A stretch of 64,000 nucleotides of DNA from Magnetococcales bacterium (lineage in GTDB: Bacteria; Pseudomonadota; Magnetococcia; Magnetococcales; UBA8363). Below, piece after piece: positions 26,301 through 37,182 of the stretch. A program made the position numbers and the translations under genes. The first letter of the stretch is position 1. Every line of letters starts with the position of its first letter. Under the pieces are notes generated by a model. That model did not search any database, was not told the origin of the DNA, and saw only the letters and a program-made list of their open reading frames with translations. The stretch covers positions 12,374 to 76,373 of the forward strand of contig JADFZF010000001.1 in assembly GCA_015232645.1 (NCBI GenBank), in the 5' to 3' direction.

Positions 26301-27098
26301 TGTTTGGACGAATTCATCGCAGGTCTTTTTAATGAGAGGATGAGCCTTGTCATAGATTCCCTGGTTTTGCAGATCAATCCCCTGGTTCAGTTTTGCAGAC
26401 AGTTGGGCTAGCGGAGATGGCGTTTCCTTGGCCGGGGCCGTGGTGTCCGAGCTGGTCGGTTGAGGAGGTGCCTTCGCCTCTCCCTTTCCGTCCTTTTTGG
26501 CCTGAGCCAGCTGTTGCTGCAACAACTCAATTTGTTTTTGATCCGGACTTTTTGCCTTGGATGCCAATTCCAAGGCTCGCTCCAATAGACGGATTCCGTC
26601 AGGGTGGCCACTCTGGGCCGCCAGGCTGTACCATTTAGCGGCTTCGACCGGATCGCCGGCAACCCCACGTCCGGTATCATACAAAATTCCTAGATGTTTT
26701 CTCGCACCGGAATGCCCTTGATCCGCCGCCTTGCGAAACCACTCCTCCGCCTTGATAATATCTTTGTCCTGGTCAGCTCCCATGTACAGCAAAACCCCCA
26801 GGCTTGCCTGCGCCTCGGCGTGGTTTTTGAGCGCCGCCTTTTCGAACCAAAGCTTGGCCCGTACTGCATCAGGCTTTTGATTTTTTCCATCTCCGAGATA
26901 ATAAAAATTTCCAAGCTTGAACTCGGCGTCAGGATTGCCCGTGGCTGCGGCCTTTTGCAACGCTTCCACATCCACCGACCCACTTTCTGCCGGCGTAGTG
27001 GCCGCATAGACCGGACGGTACGATAGTCCAAGCATTAGTGTTGTTGTCAACACGAAAACAAACAATCTGGGAATGAGGTATCGGTATTGGGCGGTCAT
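23382..27098 (-). CDS. Exported Sel1/TPR-repeat protein with a C-terminal CHAT (caspase-like) protease domain
   Basis: 1238 aa with an N-terminal signal/TM segment. Sel1-like repeats come first, then about 7 KLC-type TPRs (LGxxHPxT...NNLAxLY). The CHAT His/Cys dyad contexts are MIHIATHGFF (His codon 23895-23897) and LAVLSACETGLGE (Cys codon 23649-23651). Confidence 0.85.
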   Translation of the reverse strand: MTAQYRYLIPRLFVFVLTTTLMLGLSYRPVYAATTPAESGSVDVEALQKAAATGNPDAEFKLGNFYYLGDGKNQKPDAVRAKLWFEKAALKNHAEAQASLGVLLYMGADQDKDIIKAEEWFRKAADQGHSGARKHLGILYDTGRGVAGDPVEAAKWYSLAAQSGHPDGIRLLERALELASKAKSPDQKQIELLQQQLAQAKKDGKGEAKAPPQPTSSDTTAPAKETPSPLAQLSAKLNQGIDLQNQGIYDKAHPLIKKTCDEFVQTAGKKNPETGWCFGRLAVLESAMGRYEDSESSFKLALAIQKEALPENHADILSTLTDQAELMRMRGRFKEAQSQLEELLKKCNADDMIEVRMNAKSILAKVHEELGHFDEAIQLTKEILEHETKTLGKDHPNPLTTLNNLAGLNRRMGNFVEAEKNYRQALEGFEKVLGAEHPATITLMNNLAMTLEEEGLYDQAEPMFRKAWQVSEKALGKDHPTTLVNMNNLALLYESQGLFDKAEGLYNSTIALAETKLGSTHPDTVAMVNNLAYLRMLKGDYKTAAEGFQKVLSVWMGELGEKHQKTLKAMNNLARAEHRAGHLKEAETLFLRALALRKEALGPKHPDVLRTMLDLAIYYQTQKKTKEARDLLKMTLALDEEVLGKQHPYTFETLNALAKTMEDAGDHQEAFPLRHEGFERRNYFFNRMLWVADENAREGYIRLHAPEFNDYLALLTHLSPEKAGKEAIDASLQRKGLLLRITSEIQQVSQIAKDPKLTALTQQLTAARKELAALTLAGPNPEAPNNYLGSIHDLEDKVNEIERQLGQASLHYRYTTLLYDTDQVVSSLPSKSALVDFLIFNQEGTAKLMASTMVVEGGKPKFSNVVYPNLDEVQKAVVDYRAKIQDEEADPAEVKEFGQKVYNLVWKPFADSLGQKDDIYLVPDGILNILPFNALVDPEKKFLIEKIKLHILTSSRDMLPTAIPAATGEMLVIAGPDYDSKKVVDPGQLAQVSQKRAAAVQQGLRGAGSGMRGLHFDPLPGAEKEGKLITDTIKEKGQASTIFTQNDAQERQVQGLSSPPRMIHIATHGFFLKPDDNLRKRLLKLQRGAEGQLPPPGDNPLLRSGLAFAGINANAQYLGELDTVNDGVLTALEVLGLNLTGTQLAVLSACETGLGEIHEGEGVYGLRRAFMEAGVKSLIASLWEVSDAGTQNLMTKVYGRLTAGQAVDEAMRDSQLEMLHSSEWNNPYIWSAFMLIGK

Positions 27099-27897
27099 GT
27101 GTGTCTAATGTCGTGGGAAGGGGGGCAAAAGGACACCAACTTGGTCTTGTTCATAGAAGCAATAGCATCGTCACCGGTCAAATCTTTATTGATTGAATAT
27201 GTTCCCTACTTGGTCTGAAGAGGGATCCGGCTCCTTCCTTTCCATCCCGATGGCATCGGGGGTGGGGAGAGAATCGATATTTCGCAACAGTAATCCTTTC
27301 TATCACAGCGGACTATTGGTTGAATGTCAACTAAAATCCATCTGTTGGGCTAACACCCCATCTTTTTTATCCAAGCTGCTGAATCAAAAAAACACTTTAC
27401 ACTAATTTACATTATGTGACGTGGTGTTCATTGTCTGGTCGATTCTCCCCATGGCCTGCGCTCGCTAGGTGCTGAACAGGAGTACTGATCGATCATGCAT
27501 TCTCGAACGGTGGAGGGCCGATCATAATCCAATTTCCTCATCCCCTGGCCCCACCTCCTCTGTCAGGTACAAATCTCTGGGAGATGAACTGAATATATTC
27601 CAGAATCCCGGGGGACCCACATCTTCCGTTGCCAAAGTCGTTGACCTGATATTGCCATTTATTAATTGTATTTTTTATATTTGGCTTACGCACGGTCACC
27701 CGACAATAAATACAGTGGGTATTTTCAATAGGTTTCGACCGTGGTAAGGTAAACAAGCGTCAACTGCCAAATTGGCGATTACGGTGGCAGGCGTTGTTTG
27801 GTTCAGGTGACGCCAACCTTGGAGCCGGGCGATGAAAGCTATTCCTGAGTGGCTCTGGCCTCATTAATAGTTCGCTAGCTGGAGAAGGATAGAAGCG

Positions 27898-29178
27898 ATG
27901 GCCAAAGAATCCATAAAAAAAATCAACATCCAGGATCTTAAACCAGGGATGTACGTCGCTGATTTCAATCTGGACTGGAATGATCGCGGATCACATGATC
28001 CCAACTTTCAAAAATTTCTCCAACCGAGATTGATTCGCACCGATGCTGAAGTTGAATCGGCTATGGCACGCGGAATCAAGGAAATCTTCATCGATGTCGC
28101 CAAGGGAGCGGAAGCGGATGGTATCACCCTGAACGAAATCGAGAAAGCCCTGTCGGTACAGCTGATGGAACTGGACGACGACGCAGAACTTGCTGCAAAC
28201 AAAGTATCGATCAAACCTTTCGAAGAGGAAATATCCGGGGCAGCCGAGGTGAAAACCCAGGCTCGACGCATCGTCGGCGATGTCCTGGCCGATGCCCGTC
28301 TCGGCAAACAAGTCGCCCTCGGGCCGGTACAAGACGCCGTCATGGGCATGGCTGATTCGATGTTCCGTAATCCCGATGCCATTTTAAGTCTCAGTCTGAT
28401 CAAAAAACGTGACGAGTATACATTCATGCACTCGGTCAATGTCGGGGTGTTTCTGATGTCTTTCTGCCGCGCCCTGGAAATGCCGGAGGAAATTATTCTC
28501 AGGGTGGGCGTCGGCGGCATGCTGCATGACATCGGCAAAATGAAAACTCCAGAAAACGTTCTCAACAAGGCGGGTAAGCTGACCGACGAAGAATTTTTTC
28601 TGATGAAGGAACATGTCACCTATAGCCGTAAAATCTTGGAACAAACCCCAGGAATCGAGGAAGTCAGTGTGTTTGTCGCCAGTCAGCATCACGAACGTTT
28701 TGATGGCTCTGGATATCCTAACGGCCTTAAAAGTGATCAGATCAACGAATTTGGTCAAATGGCTGCCATCGTCGATGTATATGATGCCATTACCTCCGAC
28801 CGAGTTTACCACAAAGGCAATCCACCGCACGTCGCCCTCAAACGCATGCTGGATTGGTCAAAATTTCATTTTAATCCTCTGTTATACCAACGATTTGTCC
28901 AATGCGTGGGCATCTACCCCATCGGAACCTTGGTCCGATTGGAAAATGGTCTGGTTGGTGTCGTGTTGCGATCAAATATCGAAAGTCTGCTTCATCCTGT
29001 CATCAAGGTCATTATCGATGCCAAATCGGGAAAAAAATTAATTCCAAAAGAAATCAACCTCATGGACTATTCCAAAGATTCGTCCAAAGGCTTTCGTATC
29101 ATCAATGCCGAGCCGAGTGACAAATGGAAGGTCGACCCGGCACAATTCATGCCCAAACCAGAACTTTACCAATCATGA
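27898..29178 (+). CDS. HD-GYP domain phosphodiesterase (c-di-GMP-type)
   Basis: HDIGK and HHERFDGSGYPNGL motifs; 426 aa with an N-terminal accessory domain. Confidence 0.85.
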   Translation: MAKESIKKINIQDLKPGMYVADFNLDWNDRGSHDPNFQKFLQPRLIRTDAEVESAMARGIKEIFIDVAKGAEADGITLNEIEKALSVQLMELDDDAELAANKVSIKPFEEEISGAAEVKTQARRIVGDVLADARLGKQVALGPVQDAVMGMADSMFRNPDAILSLSLIKKRDEYTFMHSVNVGVFLMSFCRALEMPEEIILRVGVGGMLHDIGKMKTPENVLNKAGKLTDEEFFLMKEHVTYSRKILEQTPGIEEVSVFVASQHHERFDGSGYPNGLKSDQINEFGQMAAIVDVYDAITSDRVYHKGNPPHVALKRMLDWSKFHFNPLLYQRFVQCVGIYPIGTLVRLENGLVGVVLRSNIESLLHPVIKVIIDAKSGKKLIPKEINLMDYSKDSSKGFRIINAEPSDKWKVDPAQFMPKPELYQS

Positions 29179-29518
29179 CCGTGTCATCATCCCCCCCCGA
29201 AACTTAAACGGATCGGCCTGAAGAGGAATCCGCCCTATCCCAAATCCCGCTTTTCAATCTGCAGAATGTCAACTGACTTGGGTTGCACGAGGAGAGTCGT
29301 GTTCACCATTCCATGAAGGCTTGTCAACGTATCATTCATTGGTGGCCATGGTTTGCCAAACAGATACCAGCGGCGGTATTGTACGCGTGGAGAGTCGTCT
29401 TCATAGGAACTTCATCTTTATGGTGTCAGCCGGAGTTGTCCTAAGGGGTTTGGGCAAGACTCACAATGGCCGCTAGGACAACCGGTCGCCCATGGGTTAA
29501 AATCTCACTCAGGTAACG

Positions 29519-31096
29519 TTGATCATCATGACCGCAGCCATCCATTCCGAAAAATTTTTAATTCTCGATTACGGGTCGCAATATACCCAAATCATCGCCC
29601 GCCGGGTTCGGGAGAGTGGGAGCTATTGTGAAATTCATCCCTGGTCCATGGAGGGGGTGGCGATTCGCAGGTTCCAACCCATGGGGATCATCCTTTCGGG
29701 CGGACACCGTTCGGTCTATGACGTGGGAGCACCCGATCTCCATCCAGCGATTTTAGAGCTGGGGGTTCCGGTTTTAGGGATATGCTATGGCATGCATCTT
29801 CTGGCCAGAGCCCGCGGGGGCCAGGTTCATCCTTCGAAGAAACGGGAATACGGCGCTGCCCTCATCCAGCCCGTCCCAGGTGGGACATATCGCTCCCCTC
29901 TCCTATCGGATTGGCTGGCTGACGATCGGCAGGTGTGGATGAGCCATGGGGATCATGTATCGTCCCTTCCCGATGGCTTTGTGGCCACCTCCATGAGCCA
30001 GAGCGGATTGGTGGCGGCCATGGAATCATTGACGCAACCCGTTTTTGGTGTTCAGTTCCATCCCGAAGTCGATCACACCGATAAAGGCGCTGTTTTGATT
30101 GATCGCTTTGTGAGGCAGGTGTGCGGTGCCCATGGTTTATGGACTGCAAGTGGTTTTATTGATTATGAAATAGCCGCAATTCGTTCAACAGTCGGTGCCG
30201 ATCATGTCGTTTTGGGATTGTCGGGAGGGGTGGATTCCGCCGTGACCGCCGCCTTGGCCCATCGGGCGTTGGGGGAACAACTGACCTGCATCTTCGTGGA
30301 CAATGGGCTGTTACGCCTTCACGAGGGCGAGCAGGTGATGGCCACTTTTGCCCGTCACATGGGGGTGAAAGTCTTGAATGTCCAGGCTCAAGAACGATTT
30401 CTTGAACGTTTGGTCGGGGTGGTGGATCCGGAAAAAAAACGCCGCATCATCGGTCATACCTTTATCGAGGTGTTTGAAGAACAAGCACGCCAAATTGAAA
30501 AAGTGCGTTGGCTGGGCCAGGGAACCATCTATCCCGATGTCATAGAATCGGCCGGAGGTAAAACCGGTGTGGCCACCAATATCAAATCTCATCATAATGT
30601 GGGAGGATTGCCGGAACGGATGGGTTTGAAATTGTTGGAACCGCTGCGGGAATTATTCAAAGATGAAGTGCGGCGAGTGGGACTGGCGCTCGGTCTGCCG
30701 AAGGAGATCATTTTTCGACATCCCTTTCCGGGACCGGGTTTGGGCGTGCGTATTTTGGGAGAGGTTAGAAAAGATTTCGCTGGACTGTTGCGTCAGGCCG
30801 ATCATATCTACATGGAGGAACTTCAAAGCTCGGGGCACTATGACAAGATCGCTCAGGCCTTTGCCGTTTTTTTACCAGTGAAAAGTGTGGGGGTGATGGG
30901 TGATGGACGAACCTACGAGTACGTGGTGGCTCTGCGGGCCGTAACCACCCGCGATTACATGACCGCCGATTGGTATCCCATGCCCACGGAGCTATTAAAA
31001 AAAATATCCAATCGTATCATCAACGAAGTGCAAGGAATCAATCGTGTAACCTACGATATTACCTCAAAGCCTCCAGGAACCATCGAGTGGGAATGA
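29519..31096 (+). CDS. guaA: GMP synthase (glutamine-hydrolysing)
   Basis: GATase part ([24 protein letters not shown]) and ATP-PPase P-loop ([10 protein letters not shown]). The C-terminus ends PPGTIEWE. The true start may be the ATG at 29528. Confidence 0.95.
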   Translation: MIIMTAAIHSEKFLILDYGSQYTQIIARRVRESGSYCEIHPWSMEGVAIRRFQPMGIILSGGHRSVYDVGAPDLHPAILELGVPVLGICYGMHLLARARGGQVHPSKKREYGAALIQPVPGGTYRSPLLSDWLADDRQVWMSHGDHVSSLPDGFVATSMSQSGLVAAMESLTQPVFGVQFHPEVDHTDKGAVLIDRFVRQVCGAHGLWTASGFIDYEIAAIRSTVGADHVVLGLSGGVDSAVTAALAHRALGEQLTCIFVDNGLLRLHEGEQVMATFARHMGVKVLNVQAQERFLERLVGVVDPEKKRRIIGHTFIEVFEEQARQIEKVRWLGQGTIYPDVIESAGGKTGVATNIKSHHNVGGLPERMGLKLLEPLRELFKDEVRRVGLALGLPKEIIFRHPFPGPGLGVRILGEVRKDFAGLLRQADHIYMEELQSSGHYDKIAQAFAVFLPVKSVGVMGDGRTYEYVVALRAVTTRDYMTADWYPMPTELLKKISNRIINEVQGINRVTYDITSKPPGTIEWE

Positions 31097-31224
31097 CCAT
31101 CATCGATGAACGGTTGAGTCGGGAAAGAAAATGTGAGACCGGGGAGCCCATCAAGGCGTACCCCGGTCGGATCCGCTGACATTTCATGACTTTTTCATTT
31201 GCGCTGGAGATCGATCCTGGTTTC

Positions 31225-31896
31225 CTACGATTGCGTTTGGCTGCTCGCAGTCAAGGTTTTACGTAGCGGATAGCTGGAGTGGAACGCCTGCTTGAATTGA
31301 TTCACCAGGCGGCGGGTACGTTTATGCTCCAACAACTCTTCCTTGAACAAACTTTTAAACTTACGCAGTTCCGCCTCATATTCCTGCACCTTCGACCTCA
31401 TCCTGTTGTGGTCATTCTGGTACTCACAAGACTCCCGCACCTGATTGATCAACACTCGAATTCGATTCCTCAGAATGGTTTCATGGATAGGCTTGGTCAT
31501 GAAATCGAACACACCCAGATCGAAAGCCCAATCGATTATTTCACAATCCTCCAACGAGGTGACCATGATCACCGGGATGTGCCTGGTGTTGGCATGCTGA
31601 CTCAAAGCTTCACAGGCAGCAAACCCATCGACATTGGGCATAAGCGCTTCGAGTATCACCAGATCCGGGACGTTTTCGCTCAATATCTGATCCAAATGTT
31701 CGCAAGTATCACTCTCGATGACATCAAAGCCGTCAATACTGAGAAGTTGACTTAATCTCTGCCGAAAATCGGCATCGACATCAACCACCAAAATCCGGCC
31801 AGCACCTCCTGGGGCGATGCGGCATTGACCTTTTAAATCAATATCTTTACACATGTTGCGCATTGTGATTTTTTCCTTCCTCGATGTCAGTGCCAT
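31225..31896 (-). CDS. Stand-alone receiver (REC) domain protein with a coiled-coil tail and Glu at the phospho-acceptor position
   Basis: RILVVDVDAD...PDLVILEALMPNVDG...IPVIMVTS...DFMTKP is a CheY-like pattern, but the acceptor Asp is replaced by Glu83 (codon 31648-31650). No DNA-binding output domain is present. The start is uncertain. Confidence 0.7.
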   Translation of the reverse strand: MALTSRKEKITMRNMCKDIDLKGQCRIAPGGAGRILVVDVDADFRQRLSQLLSIDGFDVIESDTCEHLDQILSENVPDLVILEALMPNVDGFAACEALSQHANTRHIPVIMVTSLEDCEIIDWAFDLGVFDFMTKPIHETILRNRIRVLINQVRESCEYQNDHNRMRSKVQEYEAELRKFKSLFKEELLEHKRTRRLVNQFKQAFHSSYPLRKTLTASSQTQS

Positions 31897-32297
31897 TCAG
31901 GCTCCTTAGGGATTTCATTAATTGTCCGACAAATGTCAGACATGCAATGTCAATGCCAGTAATTTCGTTAATTTCCGAAGACACGTATTTCTTGGCTGTG
32001 GCCCCATTGTCGGCTCCACAACGACACTTCGTTGTCTAAGCGGCCGTCATACAATTGTCGGACAGTAGCCAGTTGTATGACGGCATAAGATCATCTGTGA
32101 TGGCAATCCATGCATAAGCACCGATTTCACCGCCGTTGACTCATGGCGACGGAGAAAATATTTTTTTGATTAAAGTACATTATGAACTAGGGATCACGAT
32201 TTTTCCGCACATGAAGGTCGTTTGGCATTAATTTTTCAGTCATGGAAAGATGACCGTTCAGAATTCCAATAATGACCATTCCAAGGGAGACTGTCTC

Positions 32298-32585
32298 ATG
32301 AAAATTCGGTGTGAGGGTTCGTTATCCCAATCATCCACCCGCCCCTGGACCATCCGTGATATCGCCGATGATACCCGCCGTTCGGTGATTCGGGCGGCGC
32401 GGAGGGAAGGGATGACCATATCTCAGTGGGTGAATCGAGTGTTGGACGAACAGGCCAATCAGGCATTGAGCCCTGGACAACCCATGAAAGGTTGTACAGC
32501 GATGCCTATAAATATATTGGACGAATTGCTCGCCTTGAATCGTCGCGTGGAAAAGGTGGAACGGCAAAAGGTGACGGACCGGTGA
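32298..32585 (+). CDS. Small hypothetical protein with a ribbon-helix-helix-like N-terminus
   Basis: The ATG at 32298 is preceded by AAGGGAGA. PWTIRDIADDTRRSVIRAARREGMTISQWVNRVLDEQA has a strand-helix-helix pattern like CopG/Arc-type domains. The function is unknown. Confidence 0.45.
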   Translation: MKIRCEGSLSQSSTRPWTIRDIADDTRRSVIRAARREGMTISQWVNRVLDEQANQALSPGQPMKGCTAMPINILDELLALNRRVEKVERQKVTDR

Positions 32586-32877
32586 TAGATACCCGGAAAG
32601 TTTGTACCATCGAAAAGGATGGCGAGGAGGAAAATCCTTCCTCTTAGAAAGCTCTGGACAACAGATCATAAGACAATATATTGATAAATATACATAATAT
32701 TACAATATGAAAATGGCTTGGAATTTGCGATAGTCAGGATTGTGCAACGCTCTGTTCCAGTTTTATCAAGAGTTCGATTGTCCTTGAGACGATCAGAAAT
32801 CCACGGAGAACCGCGGAATGGAAATAATTTCCATTTCAGGCTATAAGGGCTTGAGTGACAACTCCTGGGAGTAGAAC

Positions 32878-34416
32878 ATGGTCGGTGATTATCCAAACAA
32901 CAAAATCGTCAATCTGGAAGAATTGGGACAACAGGCCCAACGATACCGTTCCGAAGGATTGAGTGTCGTGCTGTGTCACGGCACCTTTGACCTGATTCAC
33001 CCAGGCCATATAAGACATTTGGCCAAGTCGAGAGAGTTCGGAGATCGACTGCTGGTCACCATCACTGCCGATCGGTTTATAAAAAAGGGACCAGGCAGAC
33101 CCGTATTTTCCGCGGCATTACGCGCCGAAAGCCTGGCGGCACTGGCGGTAGTCGATGGGGTGGCCATCGTTGAGGATGTGACCGCCATACCGGCCATCCG
33201 TGCCGTACGTCCCCGGGTCTATGCCAAGGGAAGCGATTATGTCGATCCCAAAGGCGATGTGACCGGAAACATCGGTCGGGAACAAGCCGCGGTTCATGAA
33301 GTCGGTGGGGAGATTCGGTTTACCGATGGCGTCACCTTCTCCTCCAGCCGTCTGATCAATCAACACTTGGATATCTTTACCCCCGAAACCCAGGCTTATC
33401 TGAATGATCTAAAAAACGCCTACAACGAAAAAACGATTCTTGAGTCCATTCGCGGCCTGGGACATCGAAGAATCCTGGTGATTGGCGAGGCCATTATCGA
33501 CGAATATTGTTCCACCATCCCCCTCGGATTGACCGGCAAAAGCAATACCGTCCTGGCCTGTCGCTATATCGAAACCGAACAATTCGCCGGGGGATCGCTG
33601 GCCGTCGCCAATCATCTGGCGGGGTTTGTTTCTCACGTTGGACTGGTGGCGGGGATTGGCCGCGATGAGCGACAGAACAGTTTCATGAAAAAAGCGTTGG
33701 CCGATAACGTCAATGAAAATTTCTTTTATTATGATACCGCCCCCACCTTGGTCAAACGTCGTTTCGTCGACTCGGATATTGTCAAATTGTTCGAGGTCTA
33801 TTACCAGGATCCCAATCCCCTGACTCCAAGATTTGAAGCCGAAGTATGCCAGTGGATCGCCGAGAACGCCGGAAACTACGACGCCGTCATTGTGGCCGAT
33901 TATGGTAACGGATTGATTTCACCAGCCATGGTGGAAATGATATGCCGGCACGCCCGTTTCCTGGCGGTCAATACTCAAATCAACAGCGGCAATCATTGTC
34001 ACCATGTGATCAATCGATATCCCCGTGCCGATTTCATTTCCCTCAACGAGTGCGAAGTCCGTCTGGCGACACACAACCGTCATGCCCCCATGGAAAAATT
34101 AGCCAAGGACATCGCCCAACGCCTTTCGGCCCGATGGATTGCCGTCACTCGCGGAATGAAAGGGGCGGTATTACTGGATCTGACGTCGGGTCGCACCCAC
34201 GACGCACCGCCTCTTTCTACCAGGGTGGTGGATCGTATCGGCGCCGGTGATGCCTTTCTAGCCCTGACGGGGTTGTGCCTGGCAGGCGGCCTGCCGCCTG
34301 AGGTGGCATTGTTTGTCGGTTCCACCGCGGCAGCCATTGATGTCCAGATTGTCTGTAACCGCGAGTCCATTCACCCGATATCGTTGTATAAATACATAAC
34401 GACCTTGATGAAATAA
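32878..34416 (+). CDS. Fusion of a cytidylyltransferase-like nucleotidyltransferase (N-terminal) and a PfkB-family sugar kinase (C-terminal); HldE-like with swapped domain order
   Basis: The N-terminal region has CHGTFDLIHPGHIRHL (HxGH nucleotidyltransferase motif). The C-terminal region has DRIGAGDAF (PfkB signature). 512 aa. Confidence 0.7.
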   Translation: MVGDYPNNKIVNLEELGQQAQRYRSEGLSVVLCHGTFDLIHPGHIRHLAKSREFGDRLLVTITADRFIKKGPGRPVFSAALRAESLAALAVVDGVAIVEDVTAIPAIRAVRPRVYAKGSDYVDPKGDVTGNIGREQAAVHEVGGEIRFTDGVTFSSSRLINQHLDIFTPETQAYLNDLKNAYNEKTILESIRGLGHRRILVIGEAIIDEYCSTIPLGLTGKSNTVLACRYIETEQFAGGSLAVANHLAGFVSHVGLVAGIGRDERQNSFMKKALADNVNENFFYYDTAPTLVKRRFVDSDIVKLFEVYYQDPNPLTPRFEAEVCQWIAENAGNYDAVIVADYGNGLISPAMVEMICRHARFLAVNTQINSGNHCHHVINRYPRADFISLNECEVRLATHNRHAPMEKLAKDIAQRLSARWIAVTRGMKGAVLLDLTSGRTHDAPPLSTRVVDRIGAGDAFLALTGLCLAGGLPPEVALFVGSTAAAIDVQIVCNRESIHPISLYKYITTLMK

Positions 34417-34476
34417 AGGCTGACCCACGGCCTGAATCAGACACGAATCGGCCCCAACCCCTTGTCGTCTCTCAAT

Positions 34477-36634
<2,158 letters not shown>

Positions 36635-36638
<4 letters not shown>

Positions 36639-37111
36639 CGAAAATGTATTTCGACGATTTCGAAACGACGGATGCCTCCCGGAGCATTCACCTGGATCCG
36701 ATCCCCCTCCTCCTTGCCAATCATGCTTCGCGCCATGGGGCTGGTCACCGAAATCATCCCTTGATCCAGATCCGCTTCATCCACCCCGACGATCTGATAG
36801 GTTGATTCTTCATCGGTCTCCAGATCGGTGACCGTCACCGTGGCCCCGAAGACGACTTTACTGGAATGAATCTTTGCGGGATCGATGATTTCCGCTACCG
36901 CCAGCCGAGCTTCAATTTCGGTGATGCGCCCTTCATTGAAGGATTGTTGCTCCTTGGCGGCGTGATATTCCGCATTTTCAGACAAATCCCCGTGTTCACG
37001 TGCCACAGAGATGGCTTCGACGATACGGGGACGTTCGACTGACTTTAGACGTTTGAGCTCCTCTCGAAGCTTTTCGGCGCCACGCACAGTCATGGGAACC
37101 CTTTGGGACAT
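36635..37111 (-). CDS. greA: Transcription elongation factor GreA
   Basis: 158 aa. An N-terminal coiled coil ([17 protein letters not shown]) and a C-terminal globular domain are typical of GreA. Confidence 0.9.
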
Positions 37112-37182
37112 GATACACCCACCCTTGATTGTTGTTGATCAATACCGCAGGATTGGATTGAAAAATGATTGATGACACAGGA

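Noticed and set aside
27469-27747. 92-aa ORF in the CHAT/HD-GYP spacer with an internal GPTSSV duplication
   Set aside because: It has a GTG start without an SD, the opposite strand carries an equally long ORF, and the roughly 70%-identical 30-nt repeat could be chance. No coding evidence was found.
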